This document shows, piece after piece, positions 40,967 through 55,230 of a stretch of DNA of 64,000 nt (within the stretch, counting starts at the first letter, position 1; every line of letters starts with the position of its first letter). Both the position numbers and the translations under genes were made by a program. A model generated the notes under the pieces. It did not search any database. It was not told the DNA's origin and saw only the letters and a list, made by a program, of their open reading frames with translations. Source of the stretch: the human T2T-CHM13v2.0 reference genome, Homo sapiens; assembly GCF_009914755.1 (NCBI RefSeq), contig NC_060930.1; one strand, given 5' to 3'.

Positions 40967-41306
40967 TACTCTAGTTTGAATGTGCCTTCCAAAAGTTAGG
41001 TTGAAATTTAATTGCCATTGTAACAGTTGTTAGAGAGGACTTTAAGAGATTAGGCCATGAGGGCTCATGCCTTAATAAAAGGGCTCATGTTCTTAGCCCT
41101 TCTGCCTTTCTGCTATGTGTGGATCCAGCATTTCCCTTCCATCTGGAGGATGCATATACAAGGCAGAATCTTAAAAGCAGAGAAAATGGGTCCTAACATG
41201 GTCTGAGAGTTCCCAGCCTCCAGAACCATGACTCAATACATTTCGTTCCTTATAAATTACCTGGTCTGAGGTATTCTGTTATAGCAGCACATAATAGACC
41301 AAGACT
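40967..41306 (+). mobile_element. MST (B1/C/D-like) MaLR LTR
   Basis: TAGTTTGAATGT...GAAATTTAATTGCCATTGTAACAG start and TATAAATTACC...GTATTCTGTTATAGCAGCAC end. Confidence 0.75.
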
Positions 41307-41791
41307 AGCTGATTATTTCTTTGCAAAACATTAATTTAATGAATAAGTGGTTGTTGATAAAAAATTTCATTTGAACTATGTTGGCTAAATACTTTTTAAA
41401 CTATTGTAAAAACGATAATGGAAAGAAATGAACTATAGATGAATGGGTTCATTTGTCTGTGCAGAGTTGAAAAAAATTAAATGACATGAGAATGCATTTT
41501 CTTTTCAGAAACTATGATTTATTCTCACTCTTAGTATGATGTAAATAAAACCAGACTGTTTAATGAGCCGACCGTACACTTCTTTTTAAAGTTGTCTTGA
41601 TCATGGGTAGAGAAAATTTGGTTGAAAATATAATACTAAACAATATTGCAGTGATAGATATGGTAAATATAATAAATATATTACATTTTATTGTCGCATA
41701 TTAGTTTCTAAAGATATTACTAGTTTTCTGTTTACTAATTAAAGATTCATTCTAATATAAATTTTTATTGCTGCAAAAGTTTTAAGGGACA

Positions 41792-42093
41792 GGCTGGGTG
41801 TAGTGCCTCACACCTGTAATCCCAGTACGAGGTGGGAGGATCACTTGACCTCAGGAGTTTGAGATCAGGTTGGGCAACATATTAAGGCCCCGTCTCTTAA
41901 AAAAAATTAAAAATTAGCCAGGCATGACGGTGAATGCCTGTAGTCCTATTTATTTAGGAGGCTGAATCCGGAGGATCACTTGAGGCCAGGAGGTCAAGGC
42001 TGCAGTGAGATATTGTTGCTCCACTGCTCTACAACCCAGGTGACATAGTGAGACCCTGTCTCAAAAAAAATAATAATAAAATAAAAAAAATAA
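41792..42093 (+). mobile_element. AluJ
   Basis: GGAGGATCACTTGA in both arms and GGTCAAGGCTGCAGTGA. Confidence 0.88.
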
Positions 42094-43005
42094 GAAACAG
42101 GACATTTGAAAAGCTCCCACAGCTCTCTCAAGCTTATTCTGGAGTTTATTCATTCACTCGACAAACACAGTGGAATGGCTATTATATGAAAGGCGCTGGG
42201 CAAGCCCTGAGACAAGGAACTAGAAATGAACCCAGCTTTTATGGATCTTAAGAAGATTGCTGTAAAACGGAATCATGAAGCAAGCAAAGCAACATCTAAA
42301 ATATGATTTAACTGCTAATTGATTCTGAAGACTGACACCATGAAGTTAAATTTTAAATCACTGTTTTATTAGCAATTTTACACGTTAATAGAAGCAACAA
42401 TTAGTTATAAAACTAGTAAGTCTTTTGGGCCCATCCCTCCCCTCCACCCTGAGAGCAGCTTTATTAGTCCACAGCATTATTTCAGCCTGGTCATTTATAT
42501 ACAAGCAACAAGGCAAATGCCCATCACTCAGGTAAGACTTCTCTATCTAAAGTCTAGAATAGTCTTCATTTCCAATGAATTTAGATGTCTTTTCAGAAAT
42601 GATAGCATCTAACAGATCATAAGTGGTTCTGAGCTGTGTCGACTCCTTCCTGGTTTGCATTCTCTCCAGGGATCTAGAGCCAGTGTCTGCCTGTTCCAAG
42701 CCCCAAATCATTAGCAGTGAATCTCCTTCTCCCAGAAGGAACATTTCCCAGTCACCAGACATGCAGTTGGCCATCTTTCCTAAAACAAGTCAGAATTAAC
42801 ATGCAAAGAGCTATTACCTCCAACATCTTCACCAAATGCTTCCTCCAGCTCCTTGTGTGAACCCACAGGTCTCCCCGTCAAGGCTGGAGAAAATGGTTCC
42901 CATGAGTGCTAGGTGCAGATCCACTCATCCCCCTGGGTGGCAGTGTGGGAATGTTCTAGCTGCTAGAAACCTCCATTTAGGCCAGTGAGCTAGATACACA
43001 TCGAA

Positions 43006-43336
<331 letters not shown>

Positions 43337-44044
43337 GAACTTCCTGAGTCAGAGAAACAGCCTTTCCCATCATGATTCCACTTCCCCTGAAGCCCTCCCT
43401 GGAGAATGCTCCCATTCTTCCCTAACCGCCCTGCTTTAGTGCAAGCTGCCTGAGGGGTGCTTTCTTCAATTCCCAATGCCACGGCCTTCCTTCTGCATCT
43501 GATTATTCAAACTGCCACTCATTCCTGTCATCTGAACGTGCTACGCCACTCCTTCCCATTGTGCTCCCAACAAGGATATCCCTGGCTATTGCCCTGCCTA
43601 AAGTCTTAATTGTCTTCCCATGTCAATTCTGTGTCCACATAGATGACCCACTGACAGCCTAACTCCTTGGTTTCTAGTGGTCTCATGACCAATTTTAGGA
43701 GCCACACACTGCCACAGTGTCCTTACACTTGTTAACCACAGTGGTTCCACTGCTAAACTCACATCTCAGACATTCCACTCTCTAGCTACACCTGCCTATA
43801 CTTCAAGCTCTTTTTTTTTTTTTTTTTTACTAATTTCTTGACTTAATCTCTTAATCCTCCTAATCCTAATTCTCTCCCAATCCAGGCTCCTTGGTTTTGT
43901 TTTTTTTTTTTTTTTTTTTTTTTTTTGGAGACAGAGTCTCACTCTGTTGGCTAGGCTGGAGTGCAGTGATGCAATCTCCTTTTACTGCACCCTCTGCCTC
44001 CCAGGTTCAAGCGATTCTCCTGCTTTAGCCTCCTGAGAAGCTGG

Positions 44045-45497
44045 TGAAAGGTGACAACCTGCTGGCAGCCCTCGCTCGCTCTTGGCGCCTCCTCGGCCTC
44101 GGTGCCCACTCTGGCCGCGCTTGAGGAGCCCTTCAGCCCGCCGCTGCACTGTGGGAGCCCTTTCCTGGGATGGCCGAGGCAGGAGCCGGCTCCCTCAGAC
44201 TGCGGGGAGGTGTGGAGAGGCACGGGCGGGAACCAGGGTTGTGCGGCGCTTGGAGGCCAGTTAAGAGTTCCGGGTGGGCGTGGGCTTGGCGGGCCCCGCA
44301 CTCGGAGCGGCAGGCCGGCCTCGACGGCCCCGGGCAGTGAGGGGCTTAGCACCCAAGCCAGCAGCTGCGGAGCGTGCGCCAGGTCCCCCAGCAGTGCCGG
44401 CCGACGGTGAGTCTCCCCACCACCCCCCACCGCCGTGGGCTCCTGCGCGACGCGAGTTTCCCCGACGAGCGCAGCCCCCTGATTCAGGGCAGCCAATTCC
44501 ATCGATCTCCCAAGGACTGAAAAGTGCCGGCGCATGGCGCGGGAAGGGCAAGCAGCTCCACCTGCAGCACCAGTGCGAAATCCACTGGGTGAAGCCAGCT
44601 GGGCTCGAGAGTCTGGTGGGGACTTGGGGAATGTTTATGTCTAGCTAAGGGATTGTGAATGCACCAATCGGCACTCTATCTAGCTCAAGGTTTGTAAATG
44701 CACCAATCACCGCTCTGTGTCTAGCTAATCTGGTGGGGACTTGGAGAATCTTTAAGTCTAGCTAAGGGATTGTGAATGCACCAATCGGCACTCTGTATCT
44801 AGCTCAAGGTTTGTAAACACACCAATCAGCACCCTGTGTCTGGCTCAGAGTTTGTGAATGCACCAATCGACACTCTGTATCTAGCTAATGTAGTGGGGAT
44901 GTGGAGAACTTTTGTGTCTAGCTCAGGGATTGTAAACGCACCAATCAGCACCCTGTCAAAACGGACCAATGAGCTCTCTGTAAAACAGACCAATCAGCTC
45001 TCTGTAAAATGGACCAATCAGCAGGATGTGGGTGGGGCCAGATAAAGGAATAAAAGCAGGCTGCCCAGGCCCGCAGTGGTAATCAGCTGGGGTTTCCTTA
45101 GGGAGGTTGGAAGGTTTGTTCTTTCTCTCTTTGCAGTAAATCTTGCAGGTGTGTGTTTTTTGGGTTCATGCTGCTTGTATGAGCTGTGATGATTACCATG
45201 AAAGTTTGCAGCTTCACTTTTAAAACCAGTGAGAGCACAAACCCACCGGGAGGAACAAGCAATTCCAGACGTACTGCTTTAGGAGGTGTAACACTCACCG
45301 GCGAGGTTTGTAGCTTCACTCCTGAGCCAGTGAGACCACGAATCCACCAGCAGGAAAAAAAGATTCCAAACATGTCTGAATGTCAGAAGAAACAATTTCC
45401 AAACACACTGCCTTTAAGAACTGTAACACTCCCTGTGAGGGTCTATGGCTTCATTCTTTAAGTCAGTGAGACTAAGACGCCACCAATTCGGGGCACA
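44045..45497 (+). mobile_element. LTR12-family (ERV9) solo LTR
   Basis: TGAAAGGTGACAAC start, CCAATC enhancer repeats, CACCAATTCGGGGCACA end, 4-bp TSD CTGG/TTGG. Confidence 0.93.
45014..45085 (+). promoter_or_regulatory. ERV9 LTR core promoter
   Basis: CCAATCAGCAGGATGTGGGTGGGGCCAGATAAAGGAATAAAAGCAGG with several upstream CCAAT boxes. Confidence 0.7.
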
Positions 45498-45823
45498 TTG
45501 GGACTATAGTTACTGCCACCATGCACATCTAAACAACGTTCTGGAATATCTTCTTGCTTTGGTCAACCACCAGGCATGGGAAAATGGCTTCATCGGTTGT
45601 CTTTCCACAAACAAGGTAAGACACTGAAGAATACCTCACGCCAAAAGTCAAGCTAGAAAGTATGTGCGTTATAAAGTTAATGAGACTCACCTATCTACTT
45701 AAATCCATACAAAAGGGTATTTTCTTACCTCTTCTTACGGGAGTGAATGACACTGCCTCCTGTCTCAAGCTAATATGTTTCTCTGAGACCTGAATCCCTT
45801 TTCCTTTGGCTTTTGTTTCTCAT

Positions 45824-46316
45824 TGTGTTATCTATTGTTACAAATCACCACAAAATTTAGCAGGTTAAAACACTGAGTGCATATTACCTCAGTTTTTGAA
45901 GGGGGGGAATCCAGAAGTGGCTTGGCTGGGTTGTTCTGCCTAAGCCTCTCATGAGGTTGAACTAAAGTAATGGTCAGGGCTGTGGTCAAGCAAGGTTCAG
46001 TGGTGGAGGATCTACTTCCAAGTTCGTTCACGTGGTTTTTGGTTGACTTTAGCTCCTTTCTGGCTGTTGGACAGAGACCTCAGTTCCATGTGGACCTCTG
46101 AGCAGGCTGCTTTGAGCTTCCTCAGGCATGACCACTGGCATCCCCCAGGGAGAGTTCAAGAAGAACAGCGAAGGCAGAAGCACGGTGGTTTTTAAAATCT
46201 AGGAAATGACTTTGGTCACATTCTATTTGTTACAAATATCAATCCCAGCAAAATGGAGGCAGCTACATAGCTGTGTGTCTACCAGGAGGTGGAAGTCATC
46301 TTAGAGACTTGCTACT
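45824..46316 (-). mobile_element. MLT1F-like MaLR LTR
   Basis: CCACAAAATTTAGCAGGTTAAAAC, GGCTTGGCTGGG, GGATCTACTTCCAAG and CCAGGAGGTGG...ATCTTAGAG. Confidence 0.75.
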
Positions 46317-46624
46317 AAGACTTGGTGCTAAGTGGAGGGTCTTCGAATTTTGACGACCTTCTCCCTCCTGTTTATTAACCTCTTTCCTCTGTTGACTCCT
46401 AGTATTTAAGCATGTTCAACTTTTTCCGCTGGACAAACCCTGCGTGTCTTTTCATTGTAATTTGTCTTTGGTCCACACTGCTCTGAGGAGATTGTGATGG
46501 CCAGGGTTGCTGGGGCTTCCTTGTGGTTGGGTCTCATGGACAATTCTCATTCTCTGGGTCTTACTTGATGATTGAGAAGTAGTTCCTACAGCAAACCACT
46601 TTCTCCTTTTAGAAAACCTTTTTC

Positions 46625-46861
46625 TTTGTATTTTTTTTTCTTTCAATATTTTTCTTTCAATACCTTTTGGGGTACAAGTGGTTTTTGGTTACATGGATTA
46701 ATTATATAGTGGTGAAGTCTTGAGATTTTAGGACACCTGTCACCCAAGTAGTGTACGTTTTACCCAATATGTAGTTTAATTCCTCATTCTCCTTCCACTC
46801 TCCCCTTTCTGAGTCTCCAAAGTTCATTACACCACTCTGTATGCTTTTGTGTACCCATAAC
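46625..46861 (-). mobile_element. L1 3'UTR end (L1PB/MA1-2-like)
   Basis: TTTTGGGGTACAAGTGGTTTTTGGTTACATGG...GTCACCCAAGTAGTGTAC. Confidence 0.8.
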
Positions 46862-47151
<290 letters not shown>

Positions 47152-47598
47152 CCCCATAGCTTTGAAAGCCTTCTTTTCTTATCTTCCATCCCTCTGCATC
47201 ATCCAGGTTTTCTACTACCCCTTATACACTCTCTTGTTAGTGTTCCTTAAAGTCACATTTTCGCCCTCTCCTCCCTTGGGAGACCCCATTTACTTTCATG
47301 GCTTTCTTTCATGACCTCTACATACTGAGAATGGTACAGGAACATCAAATCCATGATTATAAATAATTATAAACCCTAGGCCAGGTTTTCTGCGGGCAAA
47401 ACTGTTGAAACCAGTCAAGTTTTGAACTCTAACTACAAAAACATTATTTGATAGCTACTCCAGCTCACTGAAAGGCAATTTTATGTCTTCAAATGAAATA
47501 AGGATACAATTTGATCTAGATAAGATAATAGTGACTTCTATTTCTAAGTTTCTACTTTCATGGCTTGTTTGGCTGAAGCAGGCATTGAAATGCCTACG

Positions 47599-47677
47599 TT
47601 TTTTTTTGAGACAGGATCCTGCTCTGCCACCCAGGCTGGAATGCAGTGATGTGATCTTGGCTCACAGCAACCTCTGC
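47599..47677 (-). mobile_element. Short Alu 3' fragment
   Basis: T tract then GAGACAGG...CCCAGGCTGGAATGCAGTG...GCAACCTCTGC. Confidence 0.85.
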
Positions 47678-49299
47678 TTATGGCTTATTTGAACTTTACA
47701 TTTATTATTTATAGATTTGGCTACTGCTGTTTGAGGACAGAGACAACCAAGAGGAACATAGACACATCTGGAGTACAAAACACAAAACAAAACATCAGCA
47801 TCTTCTGTAGGTCCATGGGAGATGAATATATTCCACCAGGATTGTGTAAGCATAACATGGCAGAAATCTGTGTTGGCCATCGAGTTAGATGAGAGCTCAC
47901 CGGATGGGTGTAGAATTCTAGAGCTACTGTAGGCAATTAAATTATCTGATAATCAGTGGACCCAACATTGGCACAATAAGCCATAATAGGAAGGATTTCT
48001 ACCCAGGCATAGGAAATGGCAGCACTTAACAGCTGTTGTGAATTCATAGATAATGCTATTACTCTGCAGCTGTGAGGCAGCAGCCCTGTAAGAAATCACC
48101 AAAACTCAGCTGTTAAGGACCTCTATGATTAGGCAGTGGGATTTTTTTTTTTTGTTTTCTGGCAATTTGCCATTTTGTTTTCCTGTAGAAAGTATATATT
48201 AAATAAGAAAACTGGTGTATGCCAGTTTGGCGTTCTAGCAGCTAGTTTACTGTCTCATGACTTTAGGGTGTCATTTGTTGCAAGGGAACAACTTAGTGCT
48301 GTATGACCGTATAAATTATTTCTTTAGATATGAAATGATTCCTTTTTGACCTAGAAGAATTTATGCATTTCCTAGTGTGCCTTGCTTGTATGCAGAGGAC
48401 ATCTTACATAATGACAGAATATAGGCCAATGTAATTTAATGTGTACAGAAAATTCAGTTCATGATTGATGCCTGCTTTAGTATGTATCAATGTTACTAAT
48501 ATTTAAACATTTAGACAATGTTTGGACAAAGTGTTGGCCAGAGATTGAACAATGGAAATGAAACCAAAAACCTCATATGATACTTAAATCATATTTTGTG
48601 CCCATATCAGCTAGTATATTGAACCAGAGCATCTGATTCGATTAATCATTGGGTCAAAATTTGCAGTTTTGAAACTGATTTAAAATCATAGTATAACATG
48701 TTGATTAAAGTAACGATATAGCAGAAACTCCATCAGTATTTCACTCCATCAGATGGACCAGAATTTGGTTAATTACAAAAGTCACTTAAGGTAGTAAACC
48801 TTGAAAAATAAGTAAATACACGCAATCTTTTTGGTTTGAGCTAAAGCATATACATGCACCTTTTTGGGTAATTTTTGATAAGATCTTTCTCTGAGTATCA
48901 ATTGGCTAATTGGAGTTTCTTATATTTTCCTGTGGCCCTTTGAACAAAAACTACACTGATGTTACCTCGTTTGTAATGTCTAGTTTTTGTTTTAATTGGA
49001 GCAAGAAAGAGCATGAAGACATATGCAGGAATTTGAGTGCAAAATGTTTCTTGGGTTGTATGAGTTTCTCCTAGATTATTAACATAAAGAATGCTTTGCC
49101 TAAACCCACTGGGACATAGTTTAGCAGTTTTCAGTTGCTCCAGACTTATTTTGACACTCATGTTTCATTGTTTTAGGTAACATGTAATTAAATTACATAA
49201 TTATAATACCAAGTAAAACTGACAAGAGGTTTAGCAGGAAACATGACTGACACTTGATGAGTGAAAACCACACTGGGGATGGGGAGGAGAAGAGTACAG

Positions 49300-49830
49300 T
49301 TACAAGAGAGAGTGGTCAGACTGAAAATACCCATCAGTATGAGTGACAGAGAGCCTGGATGGCTACACCACTGGATGGCTGTTAAGAGCCTCTGTAGATT
49401 TGACCTGTTATTAATAGTTGGAAACAAAACTTCAATTTCTAATTCCATCTGGTCTTGTTGCTCAGAAAAATTGTTAAATTCCTATCAGTAGAAGATAAGT
49501 CAAGAAATGCTTTGATCCTGATCTGCCACAATGTCACTTGGCTTTGTTCTTCACAGCCACAAGATAGCTGTTGTACCTCCAAATATTGCATTTCTATTCC
49601 AGGCAGGAAGGAAAAATGACAAAGAGAAAGGTGCAGCATTTATATTAGGAAAATAACCTTTTCTGAGAAATCACTTGCAGTGTTCTGATTACTGCTCCTG
49701 TACAAAAATCGTGTCATATAGATCTTTCTAGTTGCAACAAAGGCTATAAGTTAGTTATCTAACTTTGAGCACATTGATACTGAGAAAAAAAAAAAGCAGG
49801 ATTCTATTGGTAAGAATGAACTGGAGCTTA
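49300..49830 (-). mobile_element. Degenerate MLT1 (J/K-like) LTR
   Basis: CACAAGATAGCTG...CCTCCA...TTCCAGGCAGGAAG and GGATTCTATTGGTAAG. Confidence 0.45.
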
Positions 49831-49879
49831 GGTCTGGTACAGGACACTAATGGGGTCTTTGTGCTTCTTACAGATTCTA

Positions 49880-50125
49880 ACTCAAATAGCTCAAAGGACA
49901 CCTTCTCCGGGAAACCTTCCCTGACTTCCGACGCTGTTTCCTGTTGTAAGTTCTCATAGCCCCATATACATTTTCTTCAAGTTATTTTGCTACTATATTT
50001 GTGTTAATTTGATTACTATTTTCTACATAAGTATGATGGCAGGGGCCTTTTTGTATTTTTGCTCACAAATCTATACCTAGCACCCAACATATTGCCTAAT
50101 ACATAATAAATACTTAGTGTGTTTA
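49880..50125 (+). mobile_element. L2 3' end
   Basis: CCTTCTCCGGGAAACCTTCCCTGAC...CCTAGCAC...TGCCTAATACATAATAAAT. Confidence 0.6.
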
Positions 50126-50587
50126 TCAAGCAACCCACCAAGTGGTTAACCATTACTTTAAAAAAGTCTCTCAGGAAGAAAATCATTTAGTGCTGCCTTG
50201 TAACCTATTCCAGTAGACACCCTCAAAAACTAGGTCTGTTTTTTCTCTACAAATGCTTTGTTTTTCTTGCTCATTGAAATCCACTTTTACTCTTTATTAT
50301 TATTAAATGAAAGAATAATTAGTCAATGTCCTCATCAGAGCAATTTTCTTTTCCTGGTCTTTAGAATAAGTTTCTGCATTCATTATTTATATTTTATTTT
50401 CCAGGCAAAATGTCCATAGGTTCTGTCTTTTAAAATCCTATTTTCACTGTTTCTGCTTCATTCAGGCACAGATATGAAACACTGATACATGAAAGAATGC
50501 CAGGGGTCATCTAGTTCAACCTTCTTTCTTTGGAGGTGGGGAAACTGAGGCCTAGAGAGTTTAATTGAATTTCTCAAATGACCTTTA

Positions 50588-50902
<315 letters not shown>

Positions 50903-51281
50903 ATACTGACAGAAGCAAAATACAGCCATAGTTTTCCAATTAATTCCCTGACTTGCGCTCCATTCTTTTAGATTACATGTTTTAGAGACCCAGGCAAGAT
51001 ACAATAATGAAAAGAGGCCTAATCACCATATATATTCCAAATAGTGGTCCATTGCCATGGATGGTTTCATCTGTATTGGAACTGGCAAAAGCTGAATTGG
51101 TTCTCATGTTTGTAAGTGGGACATAAGTATCTGTAGTTTATTAATTAGGGTCATTTTTACATTTAAGTTTTTTTAAAAGCAAGCTTTCTGTTTCATTTAT
51201 TATCTCTAAATTTTACTATATCCTTGCCTGCTTGTCAGTCAGAGTTTGTTTTTGAATTTCATAAATATGGGCGTAAAATAT

Positions 51282-52036
<755 letters not shown>

Positions 52037-52450
52037 AAATAGCCATCATGCAATTCCTACAATTGCAGGTCTGCAAGAAGGCCCAAGTTCTGAAGATAAC
52101 ATGTTTTTATTCTTGAATAAAGAATGTTATTATGACCTTGATCTTCAATATTCTTATAGCAACCTCAGTTTATAAATCCAATTTCAGGCTAATATTAATG
52201 AAAAACTGAAAAATCCATCGTAAATTGAGATTCAACTGTTGATTCACTATGGCTTCCCAGCTGTTACAAAAGATACACACTACCCAATTGATGTGCAATT
52301 TAGCGATCCGTAAACATCAAGATATGCATTGAAGGATACTTAAACCCAAATACCATTACTTCTAGCTTTGGAGCCTTAAGAAAGTTGCCTAATCTCTCTA
52401 CACTTCCTCCTCTGTAAAATAGAGATAATCCCTACCTCAAGAATTGCTAG

Positions 52451-52795
<345 letters not shown>

Positions 52796-55022
52796 TCATT
52801 ATTTTTAATATTTCTCACATCCAATTTTGTCAATGTATTAGTGGATTATACTTATTTAACAAAGTTCATGTTCCAAGAAGTTTTGAAATTTGAAGACTTT
52901 GGTTGTATCACCCTAATGTTAATTTCATATACAATGTGTTATAGCCAATGATGTTCCAGAAGGTAATTAGCCAGATCAGGTACAAGAGATAAATTTTACA
53001 CTCAATTAAAGGAACAAAGTTAAATTTTAATTGTTTCGTATGAGACTGGACAGTGGTGTAGAAGTTCTTTGTCATTCCTGATCCCATCTAGAAAGGTTTG
53101 TCTGTTGAGCATGGCATTATCCCAGCTCCCTTGGAAATGGCTAAGGGACTGAAAAATTGTCAATGTGTTGCTTAATTACCTGCACCTGTCTACATAAGAA
53201 CATGTTCTGTGGTAATTATGGATCTGGTGCAAACCATCATGCATGGGGTTTTATTGTGCTTCAATTTCCCTTCATATCTCAATTCAGTCCCAGGGCTACC
53301 TTTTGGCATATGAGCACCCTCATTCAACACAAAATAAATTGGTTCTACTCAAGAAGATTAGAAATGGTGGGAAATATAATTCCCTTTTATTCTTGGCAAC
53401 AGTGTGCATTATTTTTAACCAGCAGAAAATACACAAGAGAAAGAGGAAATGGATTTTTCCTTCAATGAAGTTGAAGCTTCATCAACTAACTGACCTGACA
53501 CTGACCTTGAAAACCTCATTGACACTACCCTCTGATTCTGCCCCTCTGGGACTTGAGAGAAAAGGTTGGAGGGGCATCCAGAGGAAGGCTTGCAGTGCCT
53601 GTCTTGACGATAAACTCTATGCTTCCAGTTGCAGGAAAGAATACACAAGCTCAGAATCTCTTGGGCTGAGTGACAAAGGAGGAAAAGGGATGGTTCCAAG
53701 TAGGATTGGAGCTTCTGCTTCCTCACTTCCTCACGTAGCTCCATCTGCCTCTTCAGAGAGCTCCCATCTCCCACTGTGTGCAGCTGAGTTCCAAGCACTC
53801 CTGGCGGCATAATGACTGGGACAAAGATATTTCCTGCAGTTGTCAATGGTGCTCCTATACTGAAACTCTCCTAGGAACTTGGCCAAATCTTCCTGCTCCC
53901 CATCCCTGATTTCTGTGAACAAGAGGGAAGACTTTGTCACACTTCTCATTGGTGATCATATTAATTTCTAGGCCATGTGTATCTAGATATGAAATAATAT
54001 TTCTGTTATTTTAAAATATAAGATCCTTGGAAGATGTCATCTATTGGAACATGTAACTATATAGCCAGAAGAGGAGATCACTAGAGCCAGACTGCTCTGT
54101 CTACATACTTAAAAAGACATTTGGAGGAAGAGAGCATCTGCAAATGTTGATGAAAATGGGTTTGGAACTTCTCTTTTGATCAGGAAATAGGTAGACCATA
54201 AAATGTCTGATGCATGTTGCTGCCTGAAGCAAACCCACAATCTGGAACCCAGTCATCTTGTTGCTCTAGAAAGCATCAAGAGAAAATGGAAGAAGGCTTA
54301 AAAGGCCCATCACATTTTAATCTCTATGGTTGGATTAATCAAAAGTTTTCATAGTTTTACTAAAGAAAAATGAGTGGTCATTTATACTTCATCTCTAACA
54401 AGAAACTTTTTTGTCCAGTGCTCAAAAATACATATGCTATTATGCTATAGTTTCCTTATGACTTGTTTTGTTTTCTGTAGTTGATTGTGAGCCTCCAAAG
54501 GGCATGGAGCTATATGGTATGATTCTTTGCTCCTCAGGCATTTTCTTGCTCAGGAGACATACCTAACATGTTTTTACTTAATGATAAAGGTGGTATGAAT
54601 GCATCATCAATAACAGAAGCTTAGAGCTAGAAGTAAATGTTTAATCATTTACTTTTGCTTGTTTTTCTTTTCCTTTTTTTTTTGCATTGTCTACTTTAAG
54701 ACCCACATATTACAAATAAGAAGCATTAAAAGTCGTTAGTGTCAAGATCGGGGACATGAATTAGGTCTCTTGATTCTAAAGATGATTACAGTAATAACAG
54801 AAAAGGCTTTCTCATCAAGCAGTGTAACTCAGTGGAACAAGCTTCAGATTGAGCAGTGGCAATGTGGTTTCATGGACAGGCACTGGCTGGGAGCTTGGAT
54901 CTCATTATTGTGGGTTCATCTCAGTCATGTGTTGACCTGAGGTGCAGGTGGCTCTATTGGGAGTCAGCCAGCTGTGGATGGTAACCACACATGACCAAAA
55001 TGAGTCTTCAGAAGCTATCACT

Positions 55023-55230
55023 TGAACACAGCAACGACACTGGGCACTACTAAGAAGGAGGGAGGAAGTGGACCAAGGGCTGAAAAACTAACTATTGGGT
55101 CCTATGCTTAGTTCCTGGGTGACAGAATCAATTGTACCCTAAACCTCAGCATCACACAATATACCCAGGTAACAACCTGCACATGTACCCACTAAATCTA
55201 AAATAGGAGTTAAAATTGTATTTTAAAAAA
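55023..55230 (+). mobile_element. Short L1 3'UTR insertion (L1PA16/PB-like)
   Basis: AAACCTCAGCATCACACAATATACCCAGGTAAC...GCACATGTACCC; TSD AGAAGCTATCACT/AGAAGTTACCACT. Confidence 0.85.

Larger units (their letters stand above)
43895..45526 (-). mobile_element. Alu right-arm fragment split by an LTR12 insertion (43895-44044 and 45498-45526)
   Basis: ...CCTCCTGAGAAGCTGG resumes as TTGGGACTATAG...GCCACCATGC after the LTR. Confidence 0.85.

Noticed and set aside
53243-53846. Near-longest ORF outside LTR12 (189 aa) and an overlapping 143-aa antisense ORF
   Set aside because: No recognisable protein motif or convincing exon boundaries; compatible with chance in 64 kb.
54820-54998. Ancient LF-SINE/AmnSINE-like element
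   Set aside because: Only a few short motifs resemble it; this cannot be supported without an HMM search.
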